Source of the DNA: Acutalibacteraceae bacterium
Lineage (GTDB): Bacteria; Bacillota; Clostridia; Oscillospirales; Acutalibacteraceae
DNA length: 64,000 nucleotides
Reading direction: 5' to 3'
Assembly: GCA_045648425.1 (NCBI GenBank)
Contig: JAZRNV010000089.1
Coordinates: 17,691 to 81,690, forward strand
The first letter of the stretch is position 1; every line of letters begins with the position of its first letter. Both the position numbers and the translations under genes were made by a program. The notes below the pieces were generated by a model that saw only the letters and a program-made list of their open reading frames with translations, had not been told where the DNA came from and made no database searches. Below, in pieces: positions 45,985 through 55,182 of the stretch.

Positions 45985-46899
45985 TTACTTCAGACCCGAT
46001 GTTGACATCGTCTCCATAATTGAGCTTTGGCTGAAGATAAACAATCCTATCGGAGGAAGCATCATAACCAATGCAACGGCTGCGGCAGCACCCTGACGGG
46101 CAACACCGCCGGCGGTAATTTGGCTGAGAGCAGTGGGCAGCATCTTCATCGGCTCGTCATAAATATATACCGAACCGGTTGCGTGCCACATGCTTTGGAA
46201 GGAGAATATTGCCAAGGTCAACCATGCAGGTTTTACGTTTGGCATTGCTATCTTCCAGAAAATGTACCACTCGCCTGCACCGTCAATTCGAGCAGCTTCA
46301 AGAACAGCGTCGGGAATGTTTGATTCCATAAACTGTCTCATAAGGAAAACGCCCATTGTGCCTGCAAGTGAAGGCAACAGCAATGACCAGTAGGTGTTGA
46401 TCATATTCAGATTGGCTATAATCAAATATTGCTGGATGCCCAAAACCTCGGCACGGAACATCATAGCCCAAACTACGATATTATAAAGGAAGGATTTGCC
46501 TTTAAAGCGGTGCTTTGCAAGGGGGAATGCTGTCAATGCGCCAATCAAAATGCCAAGCACTGTACCGCCAACAGCAATAAGCACGCTGTTAAAGAGATAT
46601 CGTGAGAAGGGCACCTGTGATGACGAAATGAGTCGCATCATGGTTGAAAAGTTGTCAAACGTGGGGTTAACAACATAAAAACGAGGGGGGAAGATGAACA
46701 ATTCGTTCAATGGCTTAAATGCACTGATTGCCGCATAGTAAAGGGGCAATACCATGAATGCACCAAAGAGGAAAAGGAAGAGGAACATAAAGAAGTTACC
46801 TGCACGAGAGCGGTTAACCTTTTTCTTGTTGCCGCCCTTTTGACGCAAGAACTTTTTGCTGTAGGTTGCGTCCGGGTTAAGTTGTTTGTTTTTTCTCAC
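45985..46899 (-). CDS. carbohydrate ABC transporter permease (MalG-like), pair A
   Basis: 304 aa. EAA loop EAARIDGAGEWYIFWKIAMP. GTG start preceded by AAGGAGGA. Confidence 0.85.
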   Translation of the reverse strand: MRKNKQLNPDATYSKKFLRQKGGNKKKVNRSRAGNFFMFLFLFLFGAFMVLPLYYAAISAFKPLNELFIFPPRFYVVNPTFDNFSTMMRLISSSQVPFSRYLFNSVLIAVGGTVLGILIGALTAFPLAKHRFKGKSFLYNIVVWAMMFRAEVLGIQQYLIIANLNMINTYWSLLLPSLAGTMGVFLMRQFMESNIPDAVLEAARIDGAGEWYIFWKIAMPNVKPAWLTLAIFSFQSMWHATGSVYIYDEPMKMLPTALSQITAGGVARQGAAAAVALVMMLPPIGLFIFSQSSIMETMSTSGLK

Positions 46900-46917
46900 A
46901 GTCTTTTCCTCCTTTCT

Positions 46918-47817
46918 TTAATCTTGACTCCAGCGAGACAATACCTTGTTGACCAACCACCAGTAGATAAGCATCATTGCAAACAGAACGATTGATACTG
47001 CACTTGCGTAGCCCATTTCAAAACGTACAAAAGCGTAGTCGTCCATATGCAAAACAATGGTGTGGGTTGAGTAGTCGGTTGAGGGGTTGCCGGTCAAAGC
47101 TGCGTTAACAGCACCGCAAGCGAAAGAGCTTGAAATGGTGAACACCGCACCCAAAAGCAACTGGGGCTTCATCTGGGGAAGGGTTACATAGAAAAGCTCT
47201 TGCCAACGGTTTCTGATACCGTCAATGGCACCCGCCTCGGCAAGCTCGGTATTAAGACCTTGCAAGCCGGCTATAAAGGTAAGGAAGCTGGTACCTGCAC
47301 TCATCCACAAAATAACCACGATAACAATGGTCATTGTGTAGTTGGTGTCGGTCAAAAATTGTATCGGACTGTCTATAAATCCGTTATCGATAAGCACTGA
47401 GTTAACCAAGCCGTAGGAGTCACCGCTGAATATGTACTGCCAAATGAAGTAAACGTTACCGGCAAGGGTAGGTGCGTAAAAGCAAAGGGTAAGGAATGAA
47501 CGCAATCCCCTGCCAAGCTCGTTGATACACCAAGCAAATACGAAGCTGAGCAAATAACCGACAGGGCCGGTAATAACTGCAATTATCAATGTGTTCTTGA
47601 GTGATGTCATAAATACGTCATCATCAAGGAAAAGGCGAACGTAGTTTTCAAACCAGTTGATTTTAGGCATATTAAGCATATCAAAGCTGGTAAAGCTGAG
47701 CAAAATAGCCGCAACAACGGGGATGAACATAAAGGTTACGAAGAGAATAAGCCAGGGAGCCATCATTTGATAGCTAACGAAGGAGGACTGGCCTAATCTT
47801 ACTTTTTTCTTTCTCAT
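46918..47817 (-). CDS. carbohydrate ABC transporter permease (MalF-like), pair A
   Basis: 299 aa. EAA loop EAGAIDGIRNRWQELFYVTLP. ATGA overlap with the upstream giant SBP gene. Confidence 0.85.
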   Translation of the reverse strand: MRKKKVRLGQSSFVSYQMMAPWLILFVTFMFIPVVAAILLSFTSFDMLNMPKINWFENYVRLFLDDDVFMTSLKNTLIIAVITGPVGYLLSFVFAWCINELGRGLRSFLTLCFYAPTLAGNVYFIWQYIFSGDSYGLVNSVLIDNGFIDSPIQFLTDTNYTMTIVIVVILWMSAGTSFLTFIAGLQGLNTELAEAGAIDGIRNRWQELFYVTLPQMKPQLLLGAVFTISSSFACGAVNAALTGNPSTDYSTHTIVLHMDDYAFVRFEMGYASAVSIVLFAMMLIYWWLVNKVLSRWSQD

Positions 47818-50789
47818 TTATGACCCTCCTTCTTGGCTTGCTTTTGAATTTCTTCTACATTGTATTCTACACGCTTACGCTGAATCTCTTTATCCATTTC
47901 GGTGCTGTAACGAAGCATTGCCTCACGGGGATTCTCATTCTTGTAAACAACAGCGCGGTATGCGTTGTTAATCATACGTGTAATATAGTAGTCACCGGGA
48001 ATCTTTGCATAGTCGGTTACATCTTCCCAAGCGCTTTGAATAACCTTTTGCTCTTCTGTTGACCATGAAAGGCGAGCAAATGCCTTTTGGTTAGCAGTAG
48101 TGTAGCGACCACCGATACCCAAACGAGCTTCGATCTTGTTGCCAAAGACTGCCTGAGCATCTGCAGATACCCACCAAGCCATAAACTGATAAACCTGCTC
48201 TTTGTTGTCGCAGCCCTTGATCATTACACTTACAAGGCCTTCGCAGGGCTGTGCACGATTGATGGTGCCGTCCTCACCGGGAATGCCGGGGATGGGATGC
48301 ATCTCCCACAAGCCCTTGATTTCGGGAGCACCAACTGCAAGGTTATTATAGAAGGTATAGTTGGTTACAATGATGGGATACTCGCCTGAGCGGAAACGGT
48401 TAAGAGCATCGTATGACAAAGGCATACTGTATTTGGTGTTAAACTCGGTCCACTGACGGAATGCATCAATGGCTTCAACGGTATTGAAGTTAACTGCAGA
48501 ATAGTCATCTACGAAATATGTACCGCCACGCTGGAAGAGCATAGTTGAGAACATATCTGCGGTAGTAGGAATACCAACGTTCATATTCTGACGCTGAATA
48601 ACGGTTATACAATTGTAAAGGTCTTGCCAGGTCTGGGGTGCTTCAAGGCCTAAGCTGTCAAGCACGTCGGTACGAACAAACATCATGTTAAAGGTTTGTG
48701 TTTCGGGCAAACCGTAGGTTTTACCGTCCTGATACTTAAGTGCAATGAAGGACGAGTCGAAGAACTGCTCCTTAAGCTTATCGAAGGAGTATTCACCGTA
48801 TTTTTCACCGGTAAACTGTTCCATATCCTCCAATGCGCCACGCATTGAATAGTTAACAGGGGTTGCGCTGCCAACCATGATTGCACAGTCAGGGCCGGTG
48901 CCTGCAAGGATTGCCTTGGTAAGTGAACCGCCAACGTCAACCAAGCTAAGGTTTACGGGGATTTTGGTTTCCTTAACAAACTGGTCGTCAATCATAGTCT
49001 TTAAGATGTTCATCTGGTCACGGCCGGATGACATCCAAACCTCGATAGGTTCACAGACATAACCTTCTGTGTTGTCTTCACTATATACATTGCCGAATGC
49101 ATTATAGTCGGTTACAAATGATGCAAAGAAGCTCTTGACTGAGAAAGCAAAAGAAACACCAGGGCCAACGTTGGGCTTGGGAAGCTCTTTCTCGCCGCCA
49201 ACATAGATGCGGTCAAGAATGATCGACTGCTCACTCATTGAACGAAGCATATCTGAAATTGAAGAAATGTTTGACTTGTATGCGCCGAGAGCAGAGGTAA
49301 TCTTAACGGGGTCTTCATCGAACTTGTCAAGCTGCTTGACCATAATGTCGATAAAGGCAGTAACACCGCCGTCAATATTGCCGTTATACTTTGCTACACC
49401 GTCATTGATGTCTACAAGACTGTTGCGAACGGCCTTGAAGCGCTTCATAAGGTTGGGGATGGCCTTGTCGATATCATAGTCGCGGTTAGCATCGGGAGAG
49501 GTGCCGGTAATCTTGATGATTTCAAGATAGATGGCATTCATCTCGGTGATGGTTTCGTTAAGCAACTGAAGGGAGTCGGAAACAGGGCCAAGGGTGTTGG
49601 TGAGGGTGATGGTGTTATCGCCCTTCTCCAAATAAATATAATAAGGAGTACCGTCCTTCTGAGAGGCAGTATAGTTATCCCACTTGGTGTTTGAGTTGAA
49701 GGGTACGCAATCAAACTCCTCATAGGGTATCTCACCGTTAACAGAAATGCTGCGGTATACCTTAAAGCCGCGAACATAATCTTGACGGTATTTAAATGAA
49801 AGGGAGTAAAGACCTGACTTAGGAACGTTTACATTCCAGCTGATCCACTGACCGGTTGAATCCCAAAGCTCACCGCCGATAGTGTTAAGGCGAGTCTGTG
49901 AGGGATGAGAAGGATAGGTGGAAGCAGATGAATAGTCAGAAGCCATGGTCAAGCTCTGCTCTGAACGCTCGTATGAGTTTTCAGCTTCAAGAATGATGGG
50001 AGCTCCCTTATAGATCTCGTAGCCCTTGTCCTTATACTGGCTGAGCACTTCCTTGTAAGAGTCATAGCTAACAGGTGCAACAAGCTCAAGCTTGCTAAAT
50101 GCAATCTGCTCGCGCTGAACTTCAAAACGGATGGTATGGGTGCCCTTGGTAAGGCAAACCTCGAGATCATCGTCGGTCATATAGTCATTGTCGTGAAGGA
50201 TGTAATCCTGCCAGCTCTCAATAACGATGGCGTCAGGGGCAAGCTCATTACCTATAGCATCTGCCTCATGGCCGTACTCATTGAGCTTATCACCCTTCTC
50301 CGGCTTTTTGTCGCGCCATACGCGAGAAAGAGACACGGTTGTTGCCTCGGTATAGGGAACCACACCGTCAACGTAGAGTCTGAACTCACCGTCGATAGTG
50401 CGCTCACCCGGCAGGCAATAACGGGTGTTGATTACATAAATCGCATCTTCATCAACAGTAACGGTATATTCTACATACTCGCCCTTGTCGATTACGATGC
50501 CTTGCTCACCCTTAATGTCTTTAATCTCTACACCCTCACCCTTTGCAGAAGGATTAAGAGCATCGATAATGACACTTTGAGTGGCATCCTTTACCTTTGC
50601 AGTCTCTGCTTTAAAATCTTTAAAAGAAAGACCGCTGGAACTGAGAGCCGATATCGAGTTGTTGTCGGCATCGGTCATGTCTTCCGTCTGGGTTGAATCT
50701 GCTGGTGCTGCCAATGCTGTTAAGGTAGGCACTGCAGCCAACAGCATTATCATCGCCAGAAGCAACGCAAACACACGTTTGTTAAACAT
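47814..50789 (-). CDS. 991-aa extracellular solute-binding protein with about 500-aa N-terminal extension (probable carbohydrate-binding beta-sandwich modules)
   Basis: Signal peptide MFNKRVFALLLAMIMLLAAVPTLTALA. Two similar segments (…GEFRLYVDGVVPY… and …FKVYRSISVNGEIPY…) are followed by a family-1 SBP-like C-terminal half. First gene of the operon with two permease pairs. Confidence 0.65.
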   Translation of the reverse strand: MFNKRVFALLLAMIMLLAAVPTLTALAAPADSTQTEDMTDADNNSISALSSSGLSFKDFKAETAKVKDATQSVIIDALNPSAKGEGVEIKDIKGEQGIVIDKGEYVEYTVTVDEDAIYVINTRYCLPGERTIDGEFRLYVDGVVPYTEATTVSLSRVWRDKKPEKGDKLNEYGHEADAIGNELAPDAIVIESWQDYILHDNDYMTDDDLEVCLTKGTHTIRFEVQREQIAFSKLELVAPVSYDSYKEVLSQYKDKGYEIYKGAPIILEAENSYERSEQSLTMASDYSSASTYPSHPSQTRLNTIGGELWDSTGQWISWNVNVPKSGLYSLSFKYRQDYVRGFKVYRSISVNGEIPYEEFDCVPFNSNTKWDNYTASQKDGTPYYIYLEKGDNTITLTNTLGPVSDSLQLLNETITEMNAIYLEIIKITGTSPDANRDYDIDKAIPNLMKRFKAVRNSLVDINDGVAKYNGNIDGGVTAFIDIMVKQLDKFDEDPVKITSALGAYKSNISSISDMLRSMSEQSIILDRIYVGGEKELPKPNVGPGVSFAFSVKSFFASFVTDYNAFGNVYSEDNTEGYVCEPIEVWMSSGRDQMNILKTMIDDQFVKETKIPVNLSLVDVGGSLTKAILAGTGPDCAIMVGSATPVNYSMRGALEDMEQFTGEKYGEYSFDKLKEQFFDSSFIALKYQDGKTYGLPETQTFNMMFVRTDVLDSLGLEAPQTWQDLYNCITVIQRQNMNVGIPTTADMFSTMLFQRGGTYFVDDYSAVNFNTVEAIDAFRQWTEFNTKYSMPLSYDALNRFRSGEYPIIVTNYTFYNNLAVGAPEIKGLWEMHPIPGIPGEDGTINRAQPCEGLVSVMIKGCDNKEQVYQFMAWWVSADAQAVFGNKIEARLGIGGRYTTANQKAFARLSWSTEEQKVIQSAWEDVTDYAKIPGDYYITRMINNAYRAVVYKNENPREAMLRYSTEMDKEIQRKRVEYNVEEIQKQAKKEGHK

Positions 50790-50854
50790 TCGGCATTTTC
50801 CCTTCGTTTGAATTTTTGGCGGTAGGCGCCGCCTTTATGTCGGAGAGGCGAGCC

Positions 50855-50912
50855 CATCCAAACGCAGAAAGCTCCGAGGCCGGAGGGCTCCGGCGGTTTC
50901 TGCCTTTGGATG
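50855..50912 (-). promoter_or_regulatory. long GC-rich hairpin in the 5' leader of the giant-SBP operon
   Basis: CATCCAAA+GCAGAAA pairs with TTTCTGC+TTTGGATG (15 bp with one C-C mismatch). The stem encloses GCCGGA-GGGC-TCCGGC, and an alternative CTCCG/CGGAG pairing is possible. It sits between a TA-rich promoter-like stretch and the RBS. Confidence 0.55.
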
Positions 50913-50966
50913 ATTTTTCTTACTATTATATATATAGCAAGTCGCGCATCCGTTTTAAACACATTC

Positions 50967-50994
50967 ATCCACGGGGATAAAAATCCCCGTGGAT
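50967..50994 (-). terminator. stem-loop terminator after the tandem SBP genes
   Basis: ATCCACGGGGA pairs with TCCCCGTGGAT around a 6-nt loop. The U-tail is weak. Confidence 0.55.
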
Positions 50995-51016
50995 TATGTA
51001 TTTCTAACTAATTCTA

Positions 51017-52414
51017 TTAATTAGTAGCTGAATCGTTCTCAAGCATTACCTGGTTTGCGAACAATGAATAATATGTTTCAATATGTTCGGTAACAGAAGT
51101 GTTTGTTTTCTTAAGATTTGTCCAGAAATCCCACTGTGAGTGCCACAAAGTACCTACACCCTGGTAAACCGGAACAACCATCTGACGTGCACAGTCATCA
51201 ATCATAAGTAATTGATCTTCGGTAAACTTACCCTTATAACCGGCAAACTTGTCGGTGGGGTTAGGAGTCTTTTGTGAGAATGCCTTGTATGCAATCAAAT
51301 AGTTGATACAACCCTGAGCATTTTTGCTGGAAGAAGTAACAGTCCAAGAATAGCTCTTACCTGAACGAATGTTTTCTTTGTTGGTACGCTCATCAAGGGG
51401 GAAGGGTACCATTGACCATTTGAAGGTAATCTTATCTTGATCGTTCTGGCCAAATACATAGTCGTAAAGGTTCTGAGGCATATATGCAAGCATACCGATC
51501 TTGCCTCTTGCCCAGGTGCCCTGGTCAGTTGCATTGCTTGCGCCCTTGAGCTTGCCGTGGATGGTGTGAACATTTTCAAAGCCCTGCATTGCTTCGGTAG
51601 ACTTCATGGTTACTTCAAGCTTACCGTCATCCTTAAGGGTGATAATGCGGCCGCCTGCTGCGGTAACGATGAAGTTTGCATCCCAGCCGGCATAGCCGAA
51701 GATGTCGTTTACATCATCGCCATCGCTGTCGCGGGTAATTTCTTGAACACACTTTTCAAAGTTAACCCAGTTCCAGGTACCTTCTGCATAATACTCAGAA
51801 GGTGACTTAACCTGATACTGATCGAACAAATCTTCGTTAACAAAGATCATATCGGCTTCTGCCATGTTCTTTGCGAAGGTGTACAACTCGCCCTTATAGG
51901 TGTAAGTGTCGGCAACCTGGTCAAGGCCGTCAACGAGAAGGGGATGGTCAAAACCGACAACGCCGTCCTTCTTCATCTCGTTAACAGAGAAAATCATACC
52001 TCTGTTAGCGAGCTTGGGCCAGTTCTTTTCAAAGGCATAGATAAGGTCGGGAGCGTCGCCGCTGGCGAACTCAACAACATACTTATCTTCCCAATTTTCC
52101 CAGGGGATGTCTACTCTTTCGATGGTACCGTTGTAAACCTCTTCGTAGTACTGGTAGAACTCCTTCCACCATTTACCTGATTCGCTTTTTGCATTTGCAT
52201 CACCGGCAAGATGGCAACTGTAAACTCTGATAGTACCGGAGTTGCTCAGAGCTGCAAGCACCTCTTCGCTAACGTTGCCTACACCACCGGGGATTTCATC
52301 GCTGTACTTGCCACCGTTTTCGGTTGCAGTCTCACCGGTATTACAGCCAACAGCCATCATACCGAGAGCACAAACCAAAACGAAAACGAGTACTAAGCTA
52401 AATACTTTTTTCAT
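51017..52414 (-). CDS. ABC sugar-binding lipoprotein, tandem paralog 1
   Basis: MKKVFSLVLVFVLVCALGMMAVGC lipobox and RBS AAGGAGG. Shares a 45-aa identical block, YTFAKNMAEADMIFVNEDLFDQYQVKSPSEYYAEGTWNWVNFEKC, with paralog 2. Confidence 0.8.
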   Translation of the reverse strand: MKKVFSLVLVFVLVCALGMMAVGCNTGETATENGGKYSDEIPGGVGNVSEEVLAALSNSGTIRVYSCHLAGDANAKSESGKWWKEFYQYYEEVYNGTIERVDIPWENWEDKYVVEFASGDAPDLIYAFEKNWPKLANRGMIFSVNEMKKDGVVGFDHPLLVDGLDQVADTYTYKGELYTFAKNMAEADMIFVNEDLFDQYQVKSPSEYYAEGTWNWVNFEKCVQEITRDSDGDDVNDIFGYAGWDANFIVTAAGGRIITLKDDGKLEVTMKSTEAMQGFENVHTIHGKLKGASNATDQGTWARGKIGMLAYMPQNLYDYVFGQNDQDKITFKWSMVPFPLDERTNKENIRSGKSYSWTVTSSSKNAQGCINYLIAYKAFSQKTPNPTDKFAGYKGKFTEDQLLMIDDCARQMVVPVYQGVGTLWHSQWDFWTNLKKTNTSVTEHIETYYSLFANQVMLENDSATN

Positions 52415-52444
52415 TCTGAAAACCTCCTTGTGTTTTTTCTATGA

Positions 52445-53833
52445 TTAATTGGTAGCAGCATCATTCTCAAGAATGACCTGGTTCTCAAACATAGACCTAT
52501 ATGTTTCAACATGCTCTTTTACGGTGGTGTTTGACTTTTTAAGATTAGTCCAGAAATCCCACTGTTCGTGCCACAAAGTACCTACACCCTGATAAATGGG
52601 CATTACAGCATTGCGTGAGCAGTCTTCAATCATCAGAAGTTGCTCATCGGTAAAGCGACCCTTATAGCCGGCAAATCTATTGCTGGGCTCGGGGATGTTT
52701 TTGTTGTAAGCTTTATAAGCAATCAAGTAGTTGATGCAGCCCTGAATGTTTTCGCTGGAAGAAGATACAACCCAGCCACGGCTCTTACCGGAGCGGATGC
52801 CTTCCTTATTGGTTCTGTCATCGAGGGGGAAGGGAATCATAGACCATTTAAAGGTGTATTTGTCTTCGCCGCCCATACCAAACAATTGGTTGTACTCGTT
52901 TTGAGGCATCCAAGCAATCATACCTATGGTGCCTTTGCCAAAGTTGTTGGCGTTGCCGCCGATCTTATATTTGCCGTAAACGTTATGTACATTTTCGAAG
53001 CCCTGCATTGCTTCAACACTGTCCATAGTAACTTCAAGTTCACCGTTGTCTTTAAGAGTGATGATGTGGCCGCCTGCTGCGTTAACTATGAAATTAGCAT
53101 CCCAGCCGTAGTAGCCGTAAACGTCATTTACATCGTCACCGTTGGTGTCACGGGTAAGCTCAATGCAGCACTTTTCAAAGTTAACCCAGTTCCAGGTGCC
53201 CTCTGCATAATACTCGGAGGGAGACTTAACCTGATACTGATCGAACAGATCTTCGTTAACAAAGATCATATCGGCTTCTGCCATATTCTTTGCAAAAGTG
53301 TAGCACTCGCCCTTGTAGGTGTAAATGTAGTCTACCTGGTCAAGGCCTTCAACAAGATAAGGGTGGTCAAAACCTACAACGCCCTTTTTCTTCATCTCGT
53401 TAACAGAGAAAATCATACCTCTGTTTGCAAGCTTGGGCCAGTTCTTTTCAAAGGCATAGACAAGGTCGGGAGCATCGCCGCTGGCAAAGTCAACAATATA
53501 TTTATCTTCCCAATTTTCCCAAGGAAGATCTACTCTGTCAATTTCGCCATTGTAAACCTCGCGGTAATACTCATAAAACTCTTTCCACCATTCACCGCTT
53601 TCATCCTTTGCTGCGGCATCACCGGCAAGGTGGCAGCTGTAAACTCTGATTTTACCTGAGTCGCTCAGAGCTGCAAGCACCTCCTCGCTAACGTTGCCAA
53701 CGCCGCCGGGGATAGCATCGCTATATTTGCCGCCTTCATCGGTTGCGGCGCCGCCGTTGTTGCATCCGGTTGCCATTACGCCCAATGCGCAAACTAACAT
53801 GACAACCAAAAGCAAGCTAAATAGTTTTTTCAT
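52445..53833 (-). CDS. ABC sugar-binding lipoprotein, tandem paralog 2
   Basis: MKKLFSLLLVVMLVCALGVMATGC lipobox. The ATG at 53833 is preceded by AAGGAGG (the ORF track extends to 53878). Confidence 0.8.
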   Translation of the reverse strand: MKKLFSLLLVVMLVCALGVMATGCNNGGAATDEGGKYSDAIPGGVGNVSEEVLAALSDSGKIRVYSCHLAGDAAAKDESGEWWKEFYEYYREVYNGEIDRVDLPWENWEDKYIVDFASGDAPDLVYAFEKNWPKLANRGMIFSVNEMKKKGVVGFDHPYLVEGLDQVDYIYTYKGECYTFAKNMAEADMIFVNEDLFDQYQVKSPSEYYAEGTWNWVNFEKCCIELTRDTNGDDVNDVYGYYGWDANFIVNAAGGHIITLKDNGELEVTMDSVEAMQGFENVHNVYGKYKIGGNANNFGKGTIGMIAWMPQNEYNQLFGMGGEDKYTFKWSMIPFPLDDRTNKEGIRSGKSRGWVVSSSSENIQGCINYLIAYKAYNKNIPEPSNRFAGYKGRFTDEQLLMIEDCSRNAVMPIYQGVGTLWHEQWDFWTNLKKSNTTVKEHVETYRSMFENQVILENDAATN

Positions 53834-53881
53834 AATGAAACCTCCTTGTGTATTTAAATATGCTAAACGTGAAACCACGAT

Positions 53882-55180
53882 TTAACTTTTAAGCTGTTTT
53901 TCTGTGTTTGATTTTACGTCAGACATTATATCTTTAAAGGGAACGCTTGAATTTTTCAAAGCCCCCCATACCTCCCACTGATATGTACCGAGGGAGCCCA
54001 CACCGTTGTAGATTGGAATGCTTATATCCTGAACGCAGTCGGAAATCATCTGAAGCTGATCGACAGAAAATACGTTGCTGTAATTCATAAGGTTAGCAGA
54101 TGGACCGGTTACCTCATATGCGTTAAGAGCCACCACGTAGCTTACACAGCCCTGCAGGTTAACCGTTGAACGAGGTATTGCCCAACCGTAGCATTTGCCG
54201 GGGCGCGTAGTGCTGTTAACATCATCCAAGGGGAAAGGAACCACCGACCACTCAAAATCCAATCGGTCACTTGTAAGATTGTAAATTTCGTTTTGGGGTG
54301 TACAGCCAACCATTGCGACCTTGCCTTTAAGCCAGCTTGAATATTTATCGGTAACGCAGCCGGATAAATAAAGCTCGCGGTAGTTTTTAAAGCCCTTTTC
54401 GGTTTTTGAATCGCTTATGTAAGAAACAAACTTGCCCGAGCTGTCAGCATCTATCCATCTGCCCCCTGCCGACACTATAAAGCAGTTGGGGTCCCATCCG
54501 TAATAGCCAAAGATGTCGTTTTTTCCGTCACCGTCGGAGTCTTCATAAACAGATTTGACACATTTTTCAAAAGCTTTGTAATCCCACCGCCCCTCTTTGT
54601 AATATTCAGAGGGAGATTTAACACCGAAGCTTTTAAACAGATTTTCATTAACGAATATCATATCTGCCTCAGCGTAAGCACAGGCGAAGGAGTAGCTTTT
54701 ATCTCCAAGGGTGTATAGGTTGGATGCCAGCTCTTGCTTGAGAAAAAGAGAGGGATGATTTATACCCTCTATTCCCTTTTGGGACAATTCCTCAACCGAA
54801 ACCAGCAGATCGCGATTTATAAGCTCAACGTAGTTTTTTTCAAAAAGGTTTATGAGGTCGGGAGCCGTGCCTGAGGCCAAATCGGTATTGAACCGCTCTT
54901 CCCAGCCCTCCCACTCGACATTTACTGACGACACCGTGCCGCCGTAGTTTTTGAGGTAGTAATCTAAAAAATCGTTATACCAATCTTCGTCATAAGTCGG
55001 CATTCCCACCGTGCCGCCGTCAAAGCGGTACACGGTGATGTTGCCTGCATCGTACAGGTTGCTGAGCTGTGATTGATCATCCGTTTCACGGACCGATTCA
55101 CCACAGCCGGCAAGCACCGACAAAGCGGCTGTCAGCAACAAACATACGGTTGCTTTAATCAGCACTGTGGCAGTCTTCAT
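53882..55180 (-). CDS. ABC sugar-binding lipoprotein, tandem paralog 3 (most divergent)
   Basis: MKTATVLIKATVCLLLTAALSVLAGC lipobox. The ATG at 55180 lies 2 nt after the stop of paralog 4. Shares EADMIFVNENLF, KSPSEYY and VPFPLDD blocks with the other paralogs. Confidence 0.75.
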   Translation of the reverse strand: MKTATVLIKATVCLLLTAALSVLAGCGESVRETDDQSQLSNLYDAGNITVYRFDGGTVGMPTYDEDWYNDFLDYYLKNYGGTVSSVNVEWEGWEERFNTDLASGTAPDLINLFEKNYVELINRDLLVSVEELSQKGIEGINHPSLFLKQELASNLYTLGDKSYSFACAYAEADMIFVNENLFKSFGVKSPSEYYKEGRWDYKAFEKCVKSVYEDSDGDGKNDIFGYYGWDPNCFIVSAGGRWIDADSSGKFVSYISDSKTEKGFKNYRELYLSGCVTDKYSSWLKGKVAMVGCTPQNEIYNLTSDRLDFEWSVVPFPLDDVNSTTRPGKCYGWAIPRSTVNLQGCVSYVVALNAYEVTGPSANLMNYSNVFSVDQLQMISDCVQDISIPIYNGVGSLGTYQWEVWGALKNSSVPFKDIMSDVKSNTEKQLKS

Positions 55181-55182
55181 TA

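Noticed and set aside
50750-50968. 72-aa minus-strand ORF spanning the leader of the giant-SBP operon
   Set aside because: It runs through the GC-rich hairpins and into the SBP start in another frame, with no RBS. It is better explained as structured RNA.
52640-53659. 339-aa plus-strand ORF, and similar long antisense ORFs at 5304..6050, 30374..31180, 44506..45138, 50136..50696 and 60634..61209
   Set aside because: Each is antisense to a gene with clear family motifs, lacks an RBS, and shows the Val/Ile/Gly/Asn-rich composition typical of reverse-frame artefacts.
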